Source: Patescibacteria group bacterium
Lineage (GTDB): Bacteria > Patescibacteriota > Microgenomatia > UBA10105 > UBA927
Assembly (NCBI GenBank): GCA_041753515.1
Contig: JBGSUE010000045.1
Span: forward strand, 2,027-66,026
Reading direction: 5' to 3'
Length of the DNA: 64,000 nucleotides
A program made the translations under genes and the position numbers. The notes beneath the pieces are model-generated. The model searched no databases and was not told the DNA's origin. It worked only from the letters and a program-made list of their open reading frames with translations. Of this stretch, positions 1 to 9,310 are shown piece after piece. The first letter of the stretch is position 1. Each line of letters starts with the position of its first letter.

Positions 1-292
1 TTGTTTGGATAGCGGATAGACACAAAATGATGCAGCATATTAGGAATGATCCATATGTGGAGTTCATAGAATTGGGTAGGATTAAGCAGACGGGCAGAAA
101 ATACACAAAATACTTCAGTGAAGATGTTATCGGAGATGTCTGATTAAAATTCTATGCTTTTATAGATCCAACCGTACAAGCAAATAGGAGTATAGCACTC
201 TTTAAAATAAAACATCACGCTCAGAGAAAATGAAAGTAGCATATGATCTGATGACCAGATCAGATCCTATTTTCATGCTACTCGTCGCGGCA

Positions 293-673
293 TCAAGATT
301 TGATTGCCGCTCGAAACCAGATCGCACCGGCCAGATGGAAGACACACATTACTGCGAGCGGATGCAGCCAGAGGGCAAGGCCAGCGAGCAAGAAGGAAAG
401 CCAGAATGAAGACAAAGCTTCACCAATCCATCCCTGGACGCCACCGTAAATGGGCCATTCCATGCCCCAGATCTCATCGGCGAAGAATGCTCTGCCAGCA
501 ACCAGCAGTAACGCCGACCAGACGAGAATTCCTACCCAACCGGTTTTACTGCTAGACGCAACTGCGACGGAAAGAATTGCGATCACAAGCAGTGTGAACA
601 AATTGGTTACACGACGTTTTGAAAACATATGAACTCCTATCTCCTTGAACAAGGGAGAAAAACTAAGAATCAA
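293..673 (-). CDS. small polytopic membrane protein (about 4 TM), function unknown
   Basis: 126 aa ORF dominated by hydrophobic helices; no recognisable catalytic motif. Confidence 0.35.
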   Translation of the reverse strand: MILSFSPLFKEIGVHMFSKRRVTNLFTLLVIAILSVAVASSSKTGWVGILVWSALLLVAGRAFFADEIWGMEWPIYGGVQGWIGEALSSFWLSFLLAGLALWLHPLAVMCVFHLAGAIWFRAAIKS

Positions 674-837
674 TTATTGCTTCCCAATTTATCTCCCTCG
701 TTTGAGCGTGATGTTTGTAAAGGTACATTATTCAATTGAAGTTAATAACATTATAGGATTATACAATATCATGTTAAAACTGGCAATCAAATCACTGAGT
801 AATACATCCGAATTTGAAAGGCTACGGGGTACAAAAA

Positions 838-968
838 CATCCCCGCTTTATGCGGGGTATTTTCGTATTTCGTCCGTGAGAACCGTTTCCGAAGGAATGG
901 TTCTCCAACCGGCAGTTAACGAGTCTGCGAGTTCTACTGCCGGCGAGTCCCGATCAGAATTGATCGGG
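838..968. other. cluster of four GC-rich stem-loops (possible structured RNA or palindromic element)
   Basis: Perfect stems CCCCGC/GCGGGG, GAGAACC/GGTTCTC (apical CCGAAGG, a UUCG-type loop on the minus strand), CCGGCAG/CTGCCGG and CCCGATCA/TGATCGGG, in an AT-rich intergenic context. Confidence 0.3.
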
Positions 969-1010
969 GAATCCTGCACTAGATTCATATACAACAAGAT
1001 GTATAATGAT

Positions 1011-2435
1011 TTACTTAATTCTATTTAAACTATTTTGTATAAGTTTCTCCTGAAGTGGATTAAGAGATAGACCGATCGCCTGACTATATTTTCTTAATGC
1101 AGATAATCTAGTATTATATGTGTCCTGAGTAATAAATAATCTATCTCCTTTTTCCAATCCCTTTAAAAAGTTGTTAAATAATGCTTGTTCATCAGGATAT
1201 CTGGATATGCAGAAATCAGTCGTAGGAATATCTCCCTCTTCTTGAATATAGATTGGGATAGGCTTCTCATGAACGTTGAAATCAAAATATTCCAGTATTG
1301 GTTGTTTCCCAATATACTTTTCACGCGGGACTCGAATTTGAGTTCCCATATCAGATAACCTCTCAAGACCTCTTAACCATACATAATTCGAAAAAGTGTC
1401 AAAATCCAGTGGGTCAACCCAAAACTTTGTAATGCTGCCGCCTTTAAGTGTAGGAAGGGTTAATATTGAATCCGGTCTGGATGGGGTATAAAAAACAAAC
1501 GGTACCTGTTTAGAATTTAGAATTACAGATGGTATAGCCAATCTGGGATCAGCCTCTGCAATAATCGGTACTCGAAGCTGTTCTGCAGGTCTTTTTGCAA
1601 TATATTCAGGAATTTGTTCTGCAAGTCGAATGAGTTCTTCAACAGTTCTCACTGACGGACGAAAATGTTCAGGGTATTGTTCACTATGATGCATCATTTC
1701 ATAAATTCCTTTAGCCCAAAAACCAGTTATACCGATTTTCTGGAGCGCCCACTCTGTCGCTTCAAACGATTCATGATCTTTTGACAGTAATTGAACCATT
1801 TTTTGAATCGTATCACTGGAAATCGGATGCAAAATATCTTGTGCGTACTCATGTAAATCAAGATTTGAATTGATTGTTTTATTAACATGAGCAGATCGTA
1901 CTAAAGACCTTTGTTGTTCCGGAAGATGCCTGTGGGTTTGCCAAGAAAGGAGTGTGAGTGCGAATGCGACTTCTTTTGCATTTTCCGGTCGGACAATGGT
2001 TGCTTCACGGGATAATCTCATCAACTCACTAGAAACATTATTGCCTAAAAATACTGCACCGTTCACTTCAGATGATGCTGGAATAGGATATGGATCATTG
2101 ACAGATCGTTCAGTAAATTTTGCTGCATTAAATGCGTCCAAAACTACTGTCATCACTTTTCCAGTAACACGTTCAAAATTCATTTGATGATAGCTTAAAG
2201 GACGTATATCGATTGGTGCTTCCAAGATTGAAGTATTTGTAACATGAAAAGCCCGCGGACAGGATTTGAGTGATTCTTTTGGATCACCAATCATCATTGG
2301 ATTACCTGGAAGATCTATTGCTGGATATAGTGGACGAAGTATCGATCGTGTTTCATATGGGTCAAATTTTAATAAACGGTCGGCAAAGGAATCCGGCGGA
2401 ACTAACGATTCAGTATGATTTGTTGTTTCTGTCAT
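1011..2435 (-). CDS. hypothetical protein (474 aa)
   Basis: Long uninterrupted ORF; no recognised motif; shares an upstream motif with the next two genes. Confidence 0.5.
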   Translation of the reverse strand: MTETTNHTESLVPPDSFADRLLKFDPYETRSILRPLYPAIDLPGNPMMIGDPKESLKSCPRAFHVTNTSILEAPIDIRPLSYHQMNFERVTGKVMTVVLDAFNAAKFTERSVNDPYPIPASSEVNGAVFLGNNVSSELMRLSREATIVRPENAKEVAFALTLLSWQTHRHLPEQQRSLVRSAHVNKTINSNLDLHEYAQDILHPISSDTIQKMVQLLSKDHESFEATEWALQKIGITGFWAKGIYEMMHHSEQYPEHFRPSVRTVEELIRLAEQIPEYIAKRPAEQLRVPIIAEADPRLAIPSVILNSKQVPFVFYTPSRPDSILTLPTLKGGSITKFWVDPLDFDTFSNYVWLRGLERLSDMGTQIRVPREKYIGKQPILEYFDFNVHEKPIPIYIQEEGDIPTTDFCISRYPDEQALFNNFLKGLEKGDRLFITQDTYNTRLSALRKYSQAIGLSLNPLQEKLIQNSLNRIK

Positions 2436-2483
2436 GTAATAATTATATCAATGCTATATATAGTATATCAAAATACGTTCAAC

Positions 2484-2499
2484 TTTGTCCCAACACGTG
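2484..2499 (-). promoter_or_regulatory. conserved upstream motif copy 1 (CTTTGTCCCAACACGTG), next to a TGaTATACT extended -10 on the minus strand
   Basis: Motif shared with 3346-3362 and 4623-4638, each 50-90 nt upstream of a minus-strand start codon. Confidence 0.35.
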
Positions 2500-2820
2500 T
2501 ACTTACAAAAAGATCTGGCTAAAATGCCAGATTTTTTGTAAATATTCGTTTCGAATATGAACCGGCTTACCGGTTTGCAATCCAGGAGTTAATGAGTCAT
2601 TTCAAATTGATGAGTCTTACTCCTGGCGAGTGGTGAGGCGAAGCCGTACCAAATCCGGCGCGGGTACAATATTTCAGAAATACTCCGGACTACCGTGTCG
2701 TCCTGATTCAATATCATCATCCTGATGTTCCGCCATACGTAAAGACAACTCATCTGTTTTGAATAATATATCTCTAAGTCCATCTCCGATGTCTCTGGAG
2801 ATATAATGCATTGATAAAAA

Positions 2821-3270
2821 TTATTCTTGCTGGCTAAAGGTAATTTCCGGATCAGGATCAGATATTTCAAAATCCGGATTAATAAAGCCAGTTAAAAGGT
2901 TCATTTTCCAAGCACAATCAGGATACAGGGAATGAAGAGAAGTCAGTGTCTTTCTGTCCATGGCAACAATACAAGTCGTACATCTGGCTGTTTCCGGGTC
3001 AATCGGAGTAGATATATGGCCGGACATATCTATATTGTGATGTTCTAACCATACCATAAATGGCTCTCTCAAATCCGGTGGATATTGATAAATTCTGTCA
3101 AACAAAGGAGGTACAGGATCATCGGGTGCCACACCTTGGATCCTTCTGGAAAAAGCAATGTATTGAGCTTTAAGTCCATATTCAATGAGTTTGTAATTCG
3201 TGTAATATGCAGCCAGCGGAGCCCGTATAATATCTCCCCTGTCAACATAAACGATAGTTTTAAGTTTCAT
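2821..3270 (-). CDS. low-molecular-weight phosphotyrosine phosphatase / ArsC-fold protein with Asp in place of the P-loop Cys
   Basis: N-terminal IVYVDRGDIIRAP aligns to the LMW-PTP P-loop V-C-x-G-N-x-C-R-S-P with C to D; C-terminal DPDPE matches the DP-loop region. Confidence 0.5.
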   Translation of the reverse strand: MKLKTIVYVDRGDIIRAPLAAYYTNYKLIEYGLKAQYIAFSRRIQGVAPDDPVPPLFDRIYQYPPDLREPFMVWLEHHNIDMSGHISTPIDPETARCTTCIVAMDRKTLTSLHSLYPDCAWKMNLLTGFINPDFEISDPDPEITFSQQE

Positions 3271-3345
3271 ATAAAGATGTAATTTACAATTTTCATGTGC
3301 GTATTATATCAAAAAGACGTTAAAAACAGTTTGTACACCTTCCAA

Positions 3346-3362
3346 TTTCGTCCCAACAGGTG
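3346..3362 (-). promoter_or_regulatory. conserved upstream motif copy 2 (TTTCGTCCCAACAGGTG), with TATAAT (from GATATAATAC) downstream on the minus strand
   Basis: Same motif family as 2484-2499 and 4623-4638. Confidence 0.35.
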
Positions 3363-3484
3363 AAAAAATTGTAAACCTAATTGTCAAGTAATTTGTACAC
3401 CCGGATTATTTTCAAAAAAGTATGTGAGATCAATGAAGTGTTCGAACATGATCCGGTACGGGGTACATGTATTTCAATACTGTA

Positions 3485-4561
3485 TTAACGCTTTAATCCT
3501 TGTAGAGCTTTCTTTACGAATTTTCCGAATTTCCGGTCTTTTACTCTTTTCTCCAATTCGGTCATTTTATAAAATTCAGATTCTTTTTTTAATTTAATAA
3601 AATTCCGATATTTATATTCGTCAAGTCTATTTTCTTTCACAGCCTGTATCACTGCACAACCTGGTTCACTGGTATGTGTACAATCGGAAAATTTACAATC
3701 ATGGGATAATGTACCGATTTCATCAAATACATGAACAAGTCCCGTATCCGATTCGGAAATTCCTACCTCTCTCGTTCCAGGATTATCGATGAGTAACCCT
3801 CCATTATCCAAAAAATACATTTCCCGTGTGGTCGTTGTGTGTTTTCCTCTTTCAAGAGTTAAACTAATTTCCCTGGTCTTGATTTCGTCTTTTCCAAGTA
3901 GTTTATTAATTAGCGATGATTTCCCGACTCCTGATGATCCCAGAAAACAATAGGTTTTCCCGGGGATGATATACTTTTTAAGTTCCTGGATTCCATTGTC
4001 AGAAATAATACTGGTTGTAATAATGTCAATATCGTTAAACCTGCTTTTTATCTGATTAATCCTGAAATTCAAATCGTTTTCCGAAATCAAATCAATCTTA
4101 TTAAGAATTATTGCAGGTTTCACCTTTCCTTCTTCTACGAGAACTAAAAATCTTTCGAATCGATTCAGATTATAATCCCTATCCATCGACTCTGTAATGA
4201 ATGCAGTATCAATATTTGTGGCAATTATCTGATTATCCTGCTTATTACTGTATTTCTTTTTCAGCACAGTACGTCTGGGAATAATCTTGCGGATAACAGC
4301 TTGTTTTCCGGTTAGACTTTCAAATATTACCCAATCACCGACAGCAGGAAAGTCTTCCCTTTTTGTTGCGATAAACATCTGTTTTCCCGTTATTTTTGCT
4401 ACATATTCATTTCGATCCTTATCTATAATCCGATAGGCTTCCTTATATTCAGCAGTTACTCTGGCAATGGGATAGCTGTCCAGTCCCAGTGTCTTTCTTG
4501 CTGTTTCAAAAAATTCACCATACCCTAGATCTTTCAATTTTATATTCGTTGTTGATTCCAT
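3485..4561 (-). CDS. rsgA: ribosome small-subunit-dependent GTPase A (circularly permuted GTPase)
   Basis: GSSGVGKSSLIN P-loop after the DxxG-type order, C-terminal zinc-finger cysteines (CKFSDCTHTSEPGC), OB-fold N-terminus. Confidence 0.9.
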   Translation of the reverse strand: MESTTNIKLKDLGYGEFFETARKTLGLDSYPIARVTAEYKEAYRIIDKDRNEYVAKITGKQMFIATKREDFPAVGDWVIFESLTGKQAVIRKIIPRRTVLKKKYSNKQDNQIIATNIDTAFITESMDRDYNLNRFERFLVLVEEGKVKPAIILNKIDLISENDLNFRINQIKSRFNDIDIITTSIISDNGIQELKKYIIPGKTYCFLGSSGVGKSSLINKLLGKDEIKTREISLTLERGKHTTTTREMYFLDNGGLLIDNPGTREVGISESDTGLVHVFDEIGTLSHDCKFSDCTHTSEPGCAVIQAVKENRLDEYKYRNFIKLKKESEFYKMTELEKRVKDRKFGKFVKKALQGLKR

Positions 4562-4622
4562 ATATAAAATTATTACAGGAGATTATACCAGAAAGCTAAA
4601 CGGAAAATTATACTGTTCCAAT

Positions 4623-4638
4623 TTGGTCCCATCACATG
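4623..4638 (-). promoter_or_regulatory. conserved upstream motif copy 3 (TTGGTCCCATCACATG) with two TATAAT boxes between it and rsgA
   Basis: TTCCAATTTNGTCCCANCANNTG consensus shared by the three copies. Confidence 0.35.
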
Positions 4639-4705
4639 ATGAATTCACATAACACGTAATAATGGCGCTTGATTGCATTCAGTATATCTGAAGGATAGAC
4701 ACCCG

Positions 4706-5011
4706 TTATTTGACGGTTTTCACTACTTTATCAGCAGCGGTTTTCACGGCAGTAATCATATTTTTGGCTTTTTCCTGTCCTTGGCTGACTTTTTCCGTAA
4801 CCGTGCCTTTCACTTCGTCTACCTTTTCTTTAGTATCATCTATCGCCTGTTCGATTTTTTTCCGGTTCTTTTTATTTGACAACGCCGCAACTCCGGCAAT
4901 TCCAACGGCTGCCGCTCCGACTACCGCGCCAACCACGGCAGCAGCAATGGGATTGACACCTCCTTTGTGAACGTCTGATTTTTGTTTATTTGTGTCTGTC
5001 ATATGTTTCAC
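4706..5011 (-). CDS. YtxH-like small membrane-anchored protein (Gly/Ala-rich TM plus Lys/Glu-rich coiled coil)
   Basis: PIAAAVVGAVVGAAAVGIAGVAAL helix followed by a charged repetitive tail. Confidence 0.45.
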   Translation of the reverse strand: MKHMTDTNKQKSDVHKGGVNPIAAAVVGAVVGAAAVGIAGVAALSNKKNRKKIEQAIDDTKEKVDEVKGTVTEKVSQGQEKAKNMITAVKTAADKVVKTVK

Positions 5012-5031
5012 CTCCTCATCTGAAGATGCGT

Positions 5032-5391
5032 CTACAGTAATAACGATGCTTCATTTAAAATTGTACCCCATTGTATTATAAGTTTTGACCATTGTGCCTG
5101 ATCGGCGACTCCTTCGTGAAATTCCTTTTCAAGACCGTCAAACTGATCGGAAAATGAATTGAAATGGTCAGAAAATTTCGGCGGTAAAGGGAAAGTTTTC
5201 AGTGCATTCACATTTTTTCTGGTCAGTTTCAGATATAAACTGATTCTATGGGTTTCTTTGTAAAAACAAGTTCGGCTCCATTTGCCGATCTGATTGAGGT
5301 TATCAACGGTATCAATCAGGATACTTTCCTGATTTTTCAATGAATAATTACTGGATGTACTTTTAATGTTTATATATATACTATACACCAA
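5032..5391 (-). CDS. hypothetical protein
   Basis: 119 aa ORF, no motif recognised. Confidence 0.3.
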   Translation of the reverse strand: MVYSIYINIKSTSSNYSLKNQESILIDTVDNLNQIGKWSRTCFYKETHRISLYLKLTRKNVNALKTFPLPPKFSDHFNSFSDQFDGLEKEFHEGVADQAQWSKLIIQWGTILNEASLLL

Positions 5392-5670
5392 TCATGCTCA
5401 GTAATCCACAGATGTTTAGAAAATGAATATACAGCAATTGAAAAGATGATTATTTCTTTTTACTTCTTTCATCCAATATTTTTAAAGCCGCATCTTCACC
5501 ATTTTTATACGAAGCAGAATATTTTGGATCATTCTGAGCGAATTTTGCCATATTTTCCGCGGATAAACGTTCTTTATCAGACAATACCTTAAATGACCCT
5601 AATGTTTTTAAAAACGCGTAGACAGATGCACCAATTTGTTCAAACATAAAATTTTATGCTCACACATTTT

Positions 5671-6375
5671 TTACAACACGGATTTACTGGTAAACCCGGG
5701 CGGTTCGGCGTCGATATTACGGTTAAGTTCATCAATCCGCTCCGGAAGTTGAGTAAATTTTCTGATAAACCACTTCGCTCCCAATTTTTTAAAATCTTCC
5801 TCTGTCCGAAGCCCTGACTCAATTGATGCTATAAAATGAACACCGGCCGCCCTGCACCACTGGACATCCATAAACGCGTCCCCGACATAGACCATTTCAC
5901 TCATCGCAACATCGAATTCCTTAATAGGCAGCAGAAACACTCTCGGATCCGGTTTTTTATATCCGCTTCTCTCCTGATAGAAAAATGCGTCAATCACCGG
6001 CATAAGGTTTGATTTATCAGAAATCAGATATTCGACCTCGCAATGCTGGCGTGAGGTCTGGATACAGACTTTAAAACCAGCCTCCCTCAAACCCCGCAGG
6101 ACTGACAGATTTTCATCCGGTATATGGTCAAATTCACCTTTATCAATATGTTTTTTTGAAACTCCTGAAAAAAGGCTCATGAATTTTTCCGCGTCTATTC
6201 CCGGTATCCGTTCGGTTATCGCATCTTTGAGCGGTTTTCCCCAATTTGCCTGATGGATATCCCTGGTCATCGGTTCATACTCCATGATTGCCGCTATTTC
6301 ATTTTCCAGGTGAAAACAGGATTCTTCGGACAACACAAGCGTGTCATCAAAATCAACCAATACAAGCTTGATCAT
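5671..6375 (-). CDS. HAD-superfamily hydrolase
   Basis: N-terminal VLVDFDDTLV (DxDxT motif I) and a downstream VGDAxxD-type motif. Confidence 0.8.
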   Translation of the reverse strand: MIKLVLVDFDDTLVLSEESCFHLENEIAAIMEYEPMTRDIHQANWGKPLKDAITERIPGIDAEKFMSLFSGVSKKHIDKGEFDHIPDENLSVLRGLREAGFKVCIQTSRQHCEVEYLISDKSNLMPVIDAFFYQERSGYKKPDPRVFLLPIKEFDVAMSEMVYVGDAFMDVQWCRAAGVHFIASIESGLRTEEDFKKLGAKWFIRKFTQLPERIDELNRNIDAEPPGFTSKSVL

Positions 6376-6423
6376 ACGGTTATAATACTCAACTCATGAG
6401 TATCAGTGCAAACTGTGACTGAT

Positions 6424-8031
6424 TTACAGTATAAATCCTGTGACAAGAAGCAATACTGCAAAAAATAGAAAGGCAGGATGAAGCGGGAAACCTGCCTCAG
6501 GCACCTGCAGCGCATGTATGGCGCCGCCGGGCGTGGGTGTATGCGATGGAGACGGATTGGGTACAGGTGTCTGTGTCGAAAGAATTTGGGTTGTGCTTGG
6601 TGTGGGTGAAGACGATTGCTGAGGTGGAATTCCCGTGTTCGTTGCTGTCGGAGAAACTGATTGTGCCTGGAGAGTTGGAGTGGGAGTATATGTGGCTTCC
6701 TGAGGTGATGTGGGGGTAATGTCTGATTGAGTGGGAGTCGGGGTGAGTGATGCTGCCAGTGTGGGTGTTGGAGTGAATGCAGATTCCATCGTTGGTGACG
6801 GCGTAATCTCAGGGTGTGTGGGAGTTACTGTCAATGTTGCCGACTGGGTAGGAGTCGGAGAGCTGTCAGATATACATGAGGATCCGGATGTTGTTAAAAA
6901 TATTTCATTTGTAATCGGAATAGTACGAGTTTCACCATCATATTCCACATAAGACAATGTTGAACCCGGCATGATGACCGGAACTGTTGAGGCACGGTCA
7001 TGCGAAATACTGAAGGAAAACAGTGAACTTTCTCCGGGAACCATTGATGCCCAGTCCCATATATAGGTAGAATCATGTGACTCATCCGGCTGCGGATCAA
7101 TGGATCCGGCAAAAACCTGAAGGAGCGGATTGACAACGATCGTCAATCGTGACGAAACCACAATATCATTCACAATCGTCGCAATCGATTGGTAAATTCC
7201 AGCCAATTGCTGTGCCGTCGGGGCTTCATAGTACATGTGTGAACCGGAGGCTATTTCCTCCAGGATACTGCGGCCGAAATCACCGGATCCGGGATGTGCC
7301 GATTCAATCGCATCAAATCCAAGTCCGATTGTGAACAGCGAAATATCTTGGCCTTCCATGCTTCCTGCAACAGTAAAAACATCATCCGTACAGGCATTTT
7401 CTACCGTCGGCCAATTTTCACAGGCTGCACCGGTGCGCATCCTGTTTGGCAATCCGTCACTCATCAGAACGATGACTTTACGGGCAGTGGAACGCGAGGA
7501 TGCCAACGCCGTCACCGCACTTTCCAAGCCCGACGCTGTATTGGTAAATTGACCGACAGAGATAGCATCAATAGAATGTATCAGTGCCGCCGGGTCGGAA
7601 ATGAGCGGCGACACGATACTCGATGTCGTACCGTATGTCACCAACGCAACACGGTCCCCTGTATCGGAGCCATCCATATTCATGAGTCCGACAAATGTCT
7701 TTGCGGCATTTTTTGCACTCTCCAACGGTTCAGGGGGATACCCACCGGCACTCACCATTGACTGTGATACATCGATGGTCAAGACAACGTCCACCGGCGT
7801 GTCCTGTGATACCGTACCGCCTAAACGCACAACATCAATGATAGCCCGTGCTTCCTCACTGCAGTCTATATCCTGTGAAGATATCGTCTGGCTTATTGCG
7901 TACTGATCCGGCTGATTGCTGGCTTTTTTGCGGATATCCTGCACAAATCCAATGTTTGATAGCATGACCCAAATGCTGACAGCACAAAAAAGGAAAGACA
8001 GTATGATAATAATAGATTTCCTTTTTCCCAT
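6424..8031 (-). CDS. von Willebrand factor A domain surface protein with Pro/Thr-rich linker and C-terminal hydrophobic anchor
   Basis: Signal-anchor N-terminus, MIDAS DVSQSM, VIVLMSDG, long TPTPT repeats, C-terminal PEAGFPLHPAFLFFAVLLLVTGFIL. Confidence 0.8.
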   Translation of the reverse strand: MGKRKSIIIILSFLFCAVSIWVMLSNIGFVQDIRKKASNQPDQYAISQTISSQDIDCSEEARAIIDVVRLGGTVSQDTPVDVVLTIDVSQSMVSAGGYPPEPLESAKNAAKTFVGLMNMDGSDTGDRVALVTYGTTSSIVSPLISDPAALIHSIDAISVGQFTNTASGLESAVTALASSRSTARKVIVLMSDGLPNRMRTGAACENWPTVENACTDDVFTVAGSMEGQDISLFTIGLGFDAIESAHPGSGDFGRSILEEIASGSHMYYEAPTAQQLAGIYQSIATIVNDIVVSSRLTIVVNPLLQVFAGSIDPQPDESHDSTYIWDWASMVPGESSLFSFSISHDRASTVPVIMPGSTLSYVEYDGETRTIPITNEIFLTTSGSSCISDSSPTPTQSATLTVTPTHPEITPSPTMESAFTPTPTLAASLTPTPTQSDITPTSPQEATYTPTPTLQAQSVSPTATNTGIPPQQSSSPTPSTTQILSTQTPVPNPSPSHTPTPGGAIHALQVPEAGFPLHPAFLFFAVLLLVTGFIL

Positions 8032-8063
8032 GTGTACCTCGTATTACATCATATTTTCCCAGT

Positions 8064-8507
8064 ATGTACTATACTGAATATATGGGTACATCTTTTCTCC
8101 CATACCATACATTTACGTATATATATTCGAAAGTCAGACGGTTTTGTATCGACCTGTTACTTCACTCTGAAAACGGAATACTTCTCACGAAAAGATCAAT
8201 CGATCCCATGAAAGGGTATTGGCATTTACCGGGAGGTACAGTATTGCGTAATGAAACGATACATCAGGCAATTTCGCGTATCGCATTGGAGGAAATTGTA
8301 ACGGACGTTACCATTGTCGGATTGTCAGGAATAATCGAATACAACGAAAAATCTGGACCGGGACGGCCCATCAGCGCAGTGTATACAGTACGACCGATTT
8401 TACCGCCGAAAAACGGCAGTCAATCATCGGAAATTCGATATTTCATGAATATACCGGAGATGACACTCCTTGAGGTAAAACATTTCCTGCAGAAAAATCT
8501 GGCCTGA
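8064..8507 (+). CDS. NUDIX hydrolase
   Basis: Nudix box GGTVLRNETIHQAISRIALEEIV (GX5EX7REUXEE pattern). Confidence 0.8.
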   Translation: MYYTEYMGTSFLPYHTFTYIYSKVRRFCIDLLLHSENGILLTKRSIDPMKGYWHLPGGTVLRNETIHQAISRIALEEIVTDVTIVGLSGIIEYNEKSGPGRPISAVYTVRPILPPKNGSQSSEIRYFMNIPEMTLLEVKHFLQKNLA

Positions 8508-8521
8508 CACGTGCATTCTTT

Positions 8522-9037
8522 TTATGGCTTATCTGTCATAAACTTCACTGTTGCTGTTTTTTCCTGACCATTGGGAGCAAATGCAGTAACGATTATCTCA
8601 TCACTACCAGCCTCTAGCGATATCTGGGCGCTAAAGAAACCGTTGGAAGCTGCATCTGTTGCCGTTTCATCCGTATCGGTATAAATAACAAGACTGGCTC
8701 CCGCTATTGTCTGTCCGCTGACAACAACGGTATCATCCGTTATAAGAGTATCTTGAGTAGGGCTATCAATAATTAACGGAAAGGTATCCGGTGTGGGGCT
8801 CGCCTGCACGCGCGGCATTGGCGTCGGAATAGTTCTTTTTGCTTCCTCTGCCATCTGATTCAGCTGCTGCTGGTACCCAGCATATCCAATCAGTAGTATA
8901 AGAGATAGAAGAATGAAAATACCAAATACACAGTACAGTATTGATTTTCTTGGTTTTGGCTTAGGATCCGGCATCGATAAAGTTTTCAGTAAATCCTCGG
9001 CAACCTGCTCGTGTTGTGTTTGCTGATTTTCATCCAT
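8522..9037 (-). CDS. membrane-anchored secreted protein, beta-rich C-terminal domain
   Basis: Single N-terminal TM (ILYCVFGIFILLSLILLIGYAGY) then a Thr/Asp-rich Ig-like region. Confidence 0.45.
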   Translation of the reverse strand: MDENQQTQHEQVAEDLLKTLSMPDPKPKPRKSILYCVFGIFILLSLILLIGYAGYQQQLNQMAEEAKRTIPTPMPRVQASPTPDTFPLIIDSPTQDTLITDDTVVVSGQTIAGASLVIYTDTDETATDAASNGFFSAQISLEAGSDEIIVTAFAPNGQEKTATVKFMTDKP

Positions 9038-9078
9038 GCCTTAACAGTACATGACGGGACAGTGTTTCGTCAACTCTC

Positions 9079-9219
9079 TTAAAATAACATGTAGATAAAG
9101 GGGCTTACAGGAGATGACGTGGAAACGTAGATAAGCACAGCAACGATGAGGATGATGATGACCGGCGGGGCCATCCACCAGACTTTATTCTTCCACATGT
9201 ACCTGAAGAGATCCTTCAT
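9079..9219 (-). CDS. small membrane protein of the family conserved immediately next to carbamoyltransferase genes
   Basis: 46-aa ORF MKDLFRYMWKNKVWWMAPPVIIILIVAVLIYVSTSSPVSPFIYMLF, below the ORF-track size cutoff; matches the MKDLF...WWLxPxIIxLLL...APFIYTLF family pattern. Confidence 0.55.
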   Translation of the reverse strand: MKDLFRYMWKNKVWWMAPPVIIILIVAVLIYVSTSSPVSPFIYMLF

Positions 9220-9230
9220 ATTGATGATGA

Positions 9231-9310
9231 TCAAATCACAAATCTCAATTTCAAAATCTCAATAATAATTATAATACTATTGTGATTTTGGATTTGTGAT
9301 TTTGGATTTA
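9231..9310. repeat. AT-rich imperfect inverted repeat with tandem TGTGATTTTGGATTT; right arm encodes the carbamoyltransferase C-terminal tail KSKITNPKSQ
   Basis: AAATCACAAATC..CAAAATC on the left; reverse complement of TTGTGATTTTGGATTTGTGATTTTGGATTT on the right. Confidence 0.5.

Noticed and set aside
838-968. Possible SRP (4.5S) RNA because of the CCGAAGGAAUGG apex
   Set aside because: SRP RNA is one long imperfect hairpin with a GGAA/GNRA apex and a conserved AGCAGC motif. Here there are four independent perfect hairpins and no domain IV match.
645-1028. 127-aa plus-strand ORF
   Set aside because: It lies over the GC-rich four-hairpin block. Its composition is driven by the palindromes and it has no motif, so it is likely a non-coding region.
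2600-2660. Hammerhead-ribozyme-like TGATGAG inside a CAGGAGT/ACTCCTG hairpin
   Set aside because: There is no helix II / GAAA core arrangement and no cleavage-site context.
7149-7761. Several plus-strand ORFs (61-155 aa) inside the VWA gene, and similar antisense ORFs inside dnaE, clpB, murT and the ATP synthase genes
   Set aside because: They are antisense to well-supported long genes and have low-complexity Arg/Cys-rich translations typical of spurious GC-rich frames.
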